Shown here: positions 1 to 6,075 of the stretch, piece by piece
Position numbering within the stretch: the first letter of the stretch is position 1
Layout of the letters: the number at the start of each line of letters is the position of its first letter
DNA from: Candidatus Iainarchaeum sp.
GTDB taxonomy: Archaea > Iainarchaeota > Iainarchaeia > Iainarchaeales > Iainarchaeaceae
DNA length: 23,215 bases
Direction of reading: 5' to 3'
Assembly: GCA_043812975.1 (NCBI GenBank)
Contig: JBDRLP010000019.1
Location: 1-23,215 of the forward strand
Program-made: the position numbers and the translations under genes
Notes under the pieces: model-generated
Seen by the model: the letters and a program-made list of their open reading frames with translations, nothing else
What the model was told of the DNA's origin: nothing
Databases searched by the model: none

Positions 1-182
1 CCTATAGCTGTTTTAATAAAGTCTTTTGAAAGCTTAAACAAAATTCTTTTTTTTTCCTTCGCAGAAAGCGGTTTAAGTTCATGGATTACAACAAGTTTAT
101 CCCTTTTATTTCGTGGTTTTCCATTATGCCTGCCATGGCCATTCGAACCACTAGTACTTTTTCGAAAAGGTAAAATAACCAT
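1..182 (-). CDS. Hypothetical protein, N-terminal part (runs off the left edge of the window)
   Basis: Hand translation from ATG at 182 is open to the window edge: MVILPFRKSTSGSNGHGRHNGKPRNKRDKLVVIHELKPLSAKEKKRILFKLSKDFIKTAI. TATA-like TTTTAATG (210-203, minus strand) starts 28 nt upstream of the ATG, the same spacing as other leaderless genes here. Not in the ORF track. Confidence 0.7.
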   Translation of the reverse strand, partial: MVILPFRKSTSGSNGHGRHNGKPRNKRDKLVVIHELKPLSAKEKKRILFKLSKDFIKTAI

Positions 183-217
183 GTTACTAAAAAGACTTTT
201 AGCATTAAAATAGTTTT

Positions 218-919
218 TCATTTAGGTACAAGGCTTTTTTTCACAAGAGAATCTATTTTCGTACCTTCAAATAACTCTAATTTTAATTTATTGAAAATAT
301 AGGTTTCTAAAAACCTCAAATCCTGCTCTGGGAACTTATCTGTAAGTATTTTTTTGAAATCGGCTTCATTAAGCTTTATGTAATTCAAACCATTGATTTT
401 TTCAGGCAAAGGTTGGTTTCTTTCACTGATACTTTCATTCAGAATAAAAAAATCCATACCTGAAAAACGCATACAATAAAAACCATCAAGCCAAATATCG
501 TGGCAGATTAAGGCTGTGTTTTCTCTTGTTATTTTTCCTTCAGCAACAAAATCCATTAACACACGCTGTTTGAAAAACTCGTCCACAAAATCAGGATCCT
601 TATCAAGGTTAGCAAGGTGTCTTTCCCTGTCAATTTCTTCTTTTCCTTTAATGTATTCATGAGTAACAAAAAACATGTTTTCCTTTCTGAAAAACTTATC
701 AACACCAAATTCTTTAATTTTTTTAATTGCGTTTTTTTCATCCTGACCCACAAGCAAGTAAAGGCTGATTAAACCGTCTTTTTCCAATGGTTTCAGAAAC
801 TTAAATAATTTATTTACTTTAAACTTTGAAAGCTTCTTGTTAACAGGCCCAGAAACAAGGACATCTTCAATAGAAAAGAAAATGTTCTTTCTTATAATTG
901 CTCTTTCATTCAGGTTCAT
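218..919 (-). CDS. Hypothetical protein, possibly a degenerate HAD-fold protein
   Basis: 233-aa ORF with TTTAAACC 28 nt upstream of the ATG. NIFFSIEDVL resembles HAD motif I (hhhDxDGxL) and ALICHDIWLD resembles motif IV, but the catalytic Asp residues of motif I are substituted. Confidence 0.75.
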   Translation of the reverse strand: MNLNERAIIRKNIFFSIEDVLVSGPVNKKLSKFKVNKLFKFLKPLEKDGLISLYLLVGQDEKNAIKKIKEFGVDKFFRKENMFFVTHEYIKGKEEIDRERHLANLDKDPDFVDEFFKQRVLMDFVAEGKITRENTALICHDIWLDGFYCMRFSGMDFFILNESISERNQPLPEKINGLNYIKLNEADFKKILTDKFPEQDLRFLETYIFNKLKLELFEGTKIDSLVKKSLVPK

Positions 920-972
920 GGATTAATTGAGGTGGAAAAGGTTTAAAGGCAAAGCACAAAAATTAGTTAAAA

Positions 973-1197
973 TTATGAATGTCTTTTTCTTTGCTTTCTA
1001 ACAGCCCTATCTATTCTTCTTTTTCCTAATTTTGCAAGACCTTGTTCATGTGCATTTGGAGCAAGATGTACAACCGCAGATCTTGTCCTGGCTGATCCTT
1101 TTGAAGGCGCATTAATTTTCTTTTTCACTGGAAGATACACAGATCTTCCGGTTATTGTTATTGTTGGTTTTCTAGTAATAGGCTTCTTAGCAGGCAT
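973..1197 (-). CDS. Small, very basic hypothetical protein (74 aa)
   Basis: Fills the intergenic gap; TTTATATA about 30 nt upstream of the ATG; 21 K+R versus 2 D+E. Confidence 0.7.
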   Translation of the reverse strand: MPAKKPITRKPTITITGRSVYLPVKKKINAPSKGSARTRSAVVHLAPNAHEQGLAKLGKRRIDRAVRKQRKRHS

Positions 1198-1210
1198 GGA
1201 AAACTAAGAG

Positions 1211-1230
1211 CGAAACAACTATATAAAACT
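1211..1230. promoter_or_regulatory. TATA box in the divergent promoter between the basic small protein and prs
   Basis: TATATAAAA at 1220-1228 reads as a TATA box on both strands; A-rich BRE-like gaaacaac precedes it on the plus strand. Confidence 0.55.
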
Positions 1231-1261
1231 TACACACATATTTAATTAGGGCGAAAAAAAC

Positions 1262-2206
1262 ATGGTAAAACGAGATTTGGCTATTTTTTCAGGTTCAAGC
1301 AATCCTGAACTTGCAAAAGAAATGTCTGCTTATTTGAAAATACCTCTTGGTAAAGTAGAACTCAAAAAGTTTGCTGACGGGGAAACTTATGTTAATTACA
1401 ATGAAACCGTCAGGGGAAAAGACGTTTATTTAATCCAGAGCACCTCATATCCGGTTAATGATAATTTAATGGAACTTTTGATTATGATTGATGCTGCAAA
1501 AAGAGCTGCGGCAGAAAGGATTACCTGCATTATTCCATTCTATGGTTATGCAAAGCAGGAAAGAAAAGCAAGGGACAGAGAACCAATAACTGCAAAGTTA
1601 GTTGCTGAACTTTTACAAACAGCAGGAGCTCATGCAGTTATAGTAATGGATTTGCACGCTGACCAGATTCAAGGATTCTTTGACATCAGAGCAGACTTTT
1701 TGTATGCTTCAGGACCACTTGTAAAGTTTTTCACAAAGAAAAAACTCAATAATTTAGTTGTTGTTTCTCCAGATGTTGGTTCATCAAAAAGAGCAAGAGC
1801 TTTTGCAAAAAGACTAGGCGCTAGTCTTGCAATTATAGATAAAAGAAGACCAAAACCAAATCAAAGCGAAGTAATGCACCTGATTGGAGAAGTTAAAGGA
1901 AAAACCGCAGTTATAGTTGATGATGAAATTAACACAGGCGGAACAATTGTTAATGCAGCACAAGCAGTTATTGACCACGGTGCAAAAGAAGTTTATGCAA
2001 TGGCTTCACACGCAGTATTTGCAGGAAATTGTCTGGAAAAAATTGAAAAAAGTGCTTTCAAAGAAGTAATTGTAACAAACAGCATTCCTTTGAAAAAGAA
2101 AACCAAAAAAGTAACTGTTGTTTCAATAGCACCTTTACTTGCTGAAGCAATCAGATGCACTAATGAAAATAAATCTATTTCAAAACTACTTAATCCAGCG
2201 AAGTGA
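1262..2206 (+). CDS. prs: Ribose-phosphate pyrophosphokinase (PRPP synthetase), class I-like
   Basis: Motifs FADGETYV, PFYGYAKQER, MDLHADQIQGFF, VVSPDVG, IIDKRR and the PRPP-binding loop IVDDEINTGGT; 314 aa. Confidence 0.97.
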   Translation: MVKRDLAIFSGSSNPELAKEMSAYLKIPLGKVELKKFADGETYVNYNETVRGKDVYLIQSTSYPVNDNLMELLIMIDAAKRAAAERITCIIPFYGYAKQERKARDREPITAKLVAELLQTAGAHAVIVMDLHADQIQGFFDIRADFLYASGPLVKFFTKKKLNNLVVVSPDVGSSKRARAFAKRLGASLAIIDKRRPKPNQSEVMHLIGEVKGKTAVIVDDEINTGGTIVNAAQAVIDHGAKEVYAMASHAVFAGNCLEKIEKSAFKEVIVTNSIPLKKKTKKVTVVSIAPLLAEAIRCTNENKSISKLLNPAK

Positions 2207-2210
2207 TTCA

Positions 2211-2795
2211 GTGAGCTGGCTCTCAAGACTTCTTGGAGAAATGCCGGAAGAAACAAAATACAAATCAACAAGCTCATTCAAAGTAAAGGATTCAGGAGAC
2301 GGAGTTCTGGTTACAAGCCAGCCAATTAAAAATTACCAAAGTGAAAATGTAGCAAAAAATTTTATTAATAAATACAGAGAAAAGCCTGATGATGCTGATG
2401 AACTAACCACAACCGCAGAAAGTCCCGCCGCGACCAAAGGAGGGGTCCATAAGAGTACTGGGGAAGAAAAACCCGCAAGCCCACTAGAGGTCTTATTTTC
2501 AAGCCCTCATTCAGAAAACAGTTTAGAAGATTTAATGAAAACTCTGAACAATGCTGAAAAAGAGATAAGACCTATGGAAACACTACCTATGACTAGTGAA
2601 AATCTTTCAGGAATGCTGTCAAAACTTGCAATAGGAGCAGTAATCTTTTTTATACTAATATTGGGGTCGATTTTTTTCTTCACAGGACAGGATTTTAGCT
2701 CAATATTCTCTATACTATTCTGGATATTTATAGTCATAATTTTTTCAGCAGGAAAGAAAAAAACTCTAAAAAATTTAACCGATTCACGTAAATAA
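2211..2795 (+). CDS. Hypothetical membrane protein with two C-terminal TM helices
   Basis: In frame with track ORF 2139..2795. Start reassigned to GTG at 2211, 4 nt after the prs stop and preceded by RBS-like aagtga, which avoids a 68-nt overlap with prs. Begins MSWLSRLLG (amphipathic), then a polar linker and two hydrophobic segments. Confidence 0.8.
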   Translation: MSWLSRLLGEMPEETKYKSTSSFKVKDSGDGVLVTSQPIKNYQSENVAKNFINKYREKPDDADELTTTAESPAATKGGVHKSTGEEKPASPLEVLFSSPHSENSLEDLMKTLNNAEKEIRPMETLPMTSENLSGMLSKLAIGAVIFFILILGSIFFFTGQDFSSIFSILFWIFIVIIFSAGKKKTLKNLTDSRK

Positions 2796-2818
2796 CTTTA
2801 GAACTATGCAAAGTTTCA

Positions 2819-2836
2819 GAAAACCATTTATATAAG
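2819..2836 (+). promoter_or_regulatory. Orphan BRE/TATA promoter (gaaaacca-TTTATATA)
   Basis: Strong TATA box TTTATATA at 2827-2834 with an A-rich BRE. Predicted start about 2855-2856 using the 28-nt spacing seen at leaderless genes. No long ORF follows. Confidence 0.65.
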
Positions 2837-2855
2837 AAAGATCTCAATAAAGATT

Positions 2856-2970
2856 GAGGAAAATAAAATGGAAAAAGCCTCTATGAAGGTTGTTTGGGAT
2901 TAGGCTCACTCGGCGTATAGAGAAAAACAATAAGCTAAGATTGTTTTGTAATCCCGAACACCTCTCAATT
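2856..2970 (+). ncRNA. Candidate structured small RNA containing an 11-codon ORF (2868-2903, MEKASMKVVWD)
   Basis: Long stem 2888-2902/2949-2962, inner perfect 8-bp hairpin 2924-2931/2940-2947, possible pseudoknot 2879-2885/2916-2922. The wobble pairs are G-U on the plus strand but C-A mismatches on the minus strand. Has its own upstream TATA box. Confidence 0.5.
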
Positions 2971-3059
2971 AAATTATTGATTTTCAACTATATCTGGTTC
3001 TTAGGTTTTTTGCTAACAATTTCAAAACCTGTTTATAAATCAGCGTACACAGTTTGTGC

Positions 3060-4205
3060 ATGAAGAAGTTTTTGATTTTAATCGGAATTGCATTACTGCT
3101 TACTTTTTCACAGATGAATATTGCTTTTGCAGCACAAAGCGATGGTTATGTTCACAAGAACCATTACTACGCTGTTTCTTTTGACGGCGAAGGAGACGCA
3201 ATAGTAAGGGTTCAGATTGATATTGAAAATACTTTAAACCAGCCGCGTAAGTGGATTGATCTGGAGATTCCGGGACAGGTTGTTGTTTACAAAGCAGTTC
3301 AGGAAAGTCCAGTGAGAAGCCCTATTGAATATTCAAAAACCCTTACTTCCAGCGCAACCATACTTCATTTGGAATTAAAAGAATCAATCCAGATGAACAA
3401 CACAGGAACAATAGTTTTGTTTTACAAAATACCAAGGTATGCAGAGAAAGATTTAGTTGGAAACTATAATTTTGATTTTAAAACAATAATTGATAAGGAC
3501 GCAATTCTTATTGAAAACCTCAGAGTGGCTGTTAATGTTCAGGAAGGATTATTTATGAAAGGCGGGGAAGCAAAAGTTGATTACAAACCAAACATAGGAT
3601 TCATGGGAGAAATGGCAATGGCCAAGGCAATGGATGTTAGTGTTGAATCACCATACTACAAAGATTATTATTACAGCATTAGGAATACACAGGGTTTGGT
3701 TAAAACTGCAACTAATTTAGATCCTTTTGAAAGTTTTCACGTGAAAGGAAATTATGGAGAAAACTGGATTGGACTTTACTTCTTTGACATGATTGCAGGC
3801 ATTATCGGGGCTGCAGTTCTGATTATTATTTTAGTTTTGGGTTTTAGAAAAATCAAAAAAGCACTTAAATTTAAAGAAACAAAAGGAAACGATTATGTTC
3901 AAAGCGCTCTTGTTGGTTTTGGTTCAGCAGTAAGCATTGTGATAATTAGTGCAGTTTTATTCTTCATAGCTGCATTAGTAAGCGAATTTAGTTATTCTCT
4001 GCAATGGATTTCGCTCCTAATTGGTTTGCTTGGGATTTTGATATCGTTTGTGTTGCTGTTTTTACCAAGCCTTTATGTTTCCTCAAAAAAAGGAATCATT
4101 CAGGGAGCATTAACCTTTTTCCTGACCATATTTTTCCTGATTGCAATCAGCATTTTCCTTGGAATCGCTTATAATGTCCTTTTTCCGCCCAGAATCTACT
4201 ATTAG
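3060..4205 (+). CDS. Hypothetical secreted/membrane protein: signal peptide, beta-rich extracellular domain, four C-terminal TM helices
   Basis: ATG at 3060 (MKKFLILIGIALLLTFSQMNIAFA, signal-like) lies 28 nt after TTTATAAA (3032-3039), so it is preferred over the track TTG at 3054. Hydrophobic C-terminal third. Confidence 0.85.
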   Translation: MKKFLILIGIALLLTFSQMNIAFAAQSDGYVHKNHYYAVSFDGEGDAIVRVQIDIENTLNQPRKWIDLEIPGQVVVYKAVQESPVRSPIEYSKTLTSSATILHLELKESIQMNNTGTIVLFYKIPRYAEKDLVGNYNFDFKTIIDKDAILIENLRVAVNVQEGLFMKGGEAKVDYKPNIGFMGEMAMAKAMDVSVESPYYKDYYYSIRNTQGLVKTATNLDPFESFHVKGNYGENWIGLYFFDMIAGIIGAAVLIIILVLGFRKIKKALKFKETKGNDYVQSALVGFGSAVSIVIISAVLFFIAALVSEFSYSLQWISLLIGLLGILISFVLLFLPSLYVSSKKGIIQGALTFFLTIFFLIAISIFLGIAYNVLFPPRIYY

Positions 4206-4207
4206 AG

Positions 4208-4223
4208 CGATTTTAGAAAATCG
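4208..4223. repeat. Inverted repeat cgatttt-ag-aaaatcg, with a second cgattttag copy at 4265; possible operator
   Basis: Perfect 7-bp arms immediately upstream of TATA-like TTTATTATA (4228-4236). Confidence 0.4.
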
Positions 4224-4340
4224 ATAATTTATTATATTTCAAAAGCACTAATATTAACGATACACGATTTTAGGATTTTTTTAATACGGATTCTCTCGGA
4301 ATAAAAGAAATTTTGAAAGTGAATAAAGAGGTGATAGAAA

Positions 4341-4451
4341 ATGATGCAATTCAATTATTGCAATGAATGCCACGAGGTATTCGAAGTTAGTAGTGTTGAT
4401 TCAGCACAAATAGTCAGTGGTTCGCACAAAAATTTTTGCAACCACAAGTAA
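4341..4451 (+). CDS. Zinc-finger microprotein (36 aa; CxxC...HxxxCxH)
   Basis: MMQFNYCNECHEVFEVSSVDSAQIVSGSHKNFCNHK*. RBS GAGGTGA at 4328-4334, 6 nt before the ATG. Stop lies 3 nt from the stop of the convergent gene. Below the ORF-track length cutoff. Confidence 0.8.
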   Translation: MMQFNYCNECHEVFEVSSVDSAQIVSGSHKNFCNHK

Positions 4452-4454
4452 TTT

Positions 4455-5657
4455 TTAATTTTTCCTCAAGCGTTTGAGGACTGTGTTTACAACTTTATTA
4501 TTGTAACCTTTATCCTGCATAACATGAATCAAATCTTCCTTAGAATAATCATGAGTTTTATCTTTCAGCAAATCAACAAGCTTCTCAACCTGACTTGTTT
4601 CACTCATAGTTAAAACCCCAGAAATTACGGGCTTAGACTGAACTTGTTTTTCGACTGATTTTTCAGCTTGTCTTTGAGCAACAGCTCTTCTTCGATTAAA
4701 TCCCTGACTACTCTGACTTGAAATATTCTGAGATGGAAGAGATACTTCACTAGGTTGTGCTTTTGGTTCACTGGAAGGAACCTGATTTTTTAATTGAGCG
4801 TAAATGCTTGGGTTAAGGAACTGTTGCATTACGCTAAATAAAAGCTGAAAAACAAGATTAAACACTACTGAAATTAAAATACCTATACTAGCAAGACTTA
4901 GAATAGTGAATAAAAATTCAATCCCGAACTGGATGATTATTAACCCAATGGCAATTACAAAAAATATAATACTAACAATAACATTTGCCACAAAAATTTC
5001 CACAACCTTACCAGTACTCAATTCCCAGGATTCCCTTACAGAATCTATAATACCCTGATCTTTCTGGAGATAAATAGCGTTTCCTAATGAAAGCCTTATT
5101 GATGTGTAAATCATAACAAAAATATAAGGAAAAAACATTAGCAGAGCCAAAAGTGACAAAAGTGCAATAGGCGGGAACAAAAATGCTCCTATCAGGCTAA
5201 AGAATCCGAGCAAAAACATTACAATAAAATAAATCCTGAACTTGTCATGATACCAGCTAGTGAGAATCACAAAACAAGTATACAATGACAGGAGAAATAA
5301 TGTTTTGAGAAATTTAACAAAACCAAAAGGAGCAGTCTCAAAACCAACTAACTGTAATGCCCTGACCTCAATTTTATAAAGCTGAAAAACAAGGTACAAC
5401 ATAAAAAGTATGAACAGTGGTACCAGAACAACAAAAATAATCAGAACAGCGGAACCCAACTGCGCTATAGACTGAGGATTTACAACATTAGTTATATCAG
5501 TGGTTCCTGCCAAAAGCAAAATAAGAGAAATAACAACAACAGCTGTCACCACAGTAAACAATACCGTAAGCCCAAGAATAACAAAGAAACGTTTAAAGGT
5601 TTCACGATCCTTAAACCAGAGAGTCAAAACATTCAAAATAATTTTTTCATAATCCAT
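4455..5657 (-). CDS. Polytopic membrane protein (DUF975 / GDPD-membrane-domain-like) with Q/S-rich linker and small C-terminal helical domain
   Basis: Multiple TM segments and the motif IRLSL...IYL...GIIDSVRESWELSTGK, typical of this membrane-domain group. ATG at 5657 (MDYEK) preferred over TTG at 5675. Confidence 0.8.
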   Translation of the reverse strand: MDYEKIILNVLTLWFKDRETFKRFFVILGLTVLFTVVTAVVVISLILLLAGTTDITNVVNPQSIAQLGSAVLIIFVVLVPLFILFMLYLVFQLYKIEVRALQLVGFETAPFGFVKFLKTLFLLSLYTCFVILTSWYHDKFRIYFIVMFLLGFFSLIGAFLFPPIALLSLLALLMFFPYIFVMIYTSIRLSLGNAIYLQKDQGIIDSVRESWELSTGKVVEIFVANVIVSIIFFVIAIGLIIIQFGIEFLFTILSLASIGILISVVFNLVFQLLFSVMQQFLNPSIYAQLKNQVPSSEPKAQPSEVSLPSQNISSQSSQGFNRRRAVAQRQAEKSVEKQVQSKPVISGVLTMSETSQVEKLVDLLKDKTHDYSKEDLIHVMQDKGYNNKVVNTVLKRLRKN

Positions 5658-5802
5658 TAAAACCGAAAATAACAAGGATTTAGAGCTATTTAAAGATTGC
5701 TGTTGAACTTAATTTGCTTTGAATTGTAAAGAATAGTTATTTTAAAACAAAAAAAACAATAGTGCTTTTGATTAAAAAAAGAATTGACCTAAACAACAAG
5801 AC

Positions 5803-5891
5803 TTATTTTTCTTTTTTGTTGCTTTTTCTGTAAATGTAAAACCCAGCAATTAATGCTACAATAAAAACAATTAAATACTCTTAGCAGGCAT
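5803..5891 (-). pseudogene. Frameshifted or remnant single-TM micro-ORF (MPAK / EYLIVFIVALIAGFYIYRKSNKKEK*)
   Basis: 5880-5803 translates to a hydrophobic helix plus basic tail and stop, but is preceded by an in-frame TAA. An ATG at 5891 would join this frame with one extra nucleotide. Confidence 0.4.
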
Positions 5892-5971
5892 ATTTTTAGT
5901 ACTGGAAAAGTAAATTTCTGGATTTTTCTAGAGGTCTTATTCTCAAATCTTTTCTCAATTTTCAATTCTTA

Positions 5972-5990
5972 TAATAATGTTTAAATACTT
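5972..5990 (+). promoter_or_regulatory. Putative pyrG promoter (TTTAAATA 5980-5987) giving a leader of about 68 nt
   Basis: TATA consensus; GGGGA RBS-like sequence at 6066-6070 before the ATG at 6076. Confidence 0.5.
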
Positions 5991-6075
5991 CCTCAAACCT
6001 AACATTAATCTGTTTTTAGAATTTTTAAAAAAAATTTTAGATGAAATTTTGCATTAGACATGAGTGGGGATTTAA

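Noticed and set aside
2868..2903. The 11-aa peptide as a RiPP precursor for the ATP-grasp ligase
   Set aside because: It lies about 6 kb away in a separate transcription unit and has no leader/core organisation or repeated TxKxxxD-type core.
2901..2933. UAG read-through (pyrrolysine-like) of the 11-codon ORF
   Set aside because: Read-through adds only AHSAYREKQ before a TAA, and no pyl genes are in the window.
5700..6075. Replication origin in the long AT-rich gap
   Set aside because: No repeated ORB-like boxes with G-strings and no adjacent cdc6/orc1 gene; the short tctcaa repeats look like low-complexity sequence.
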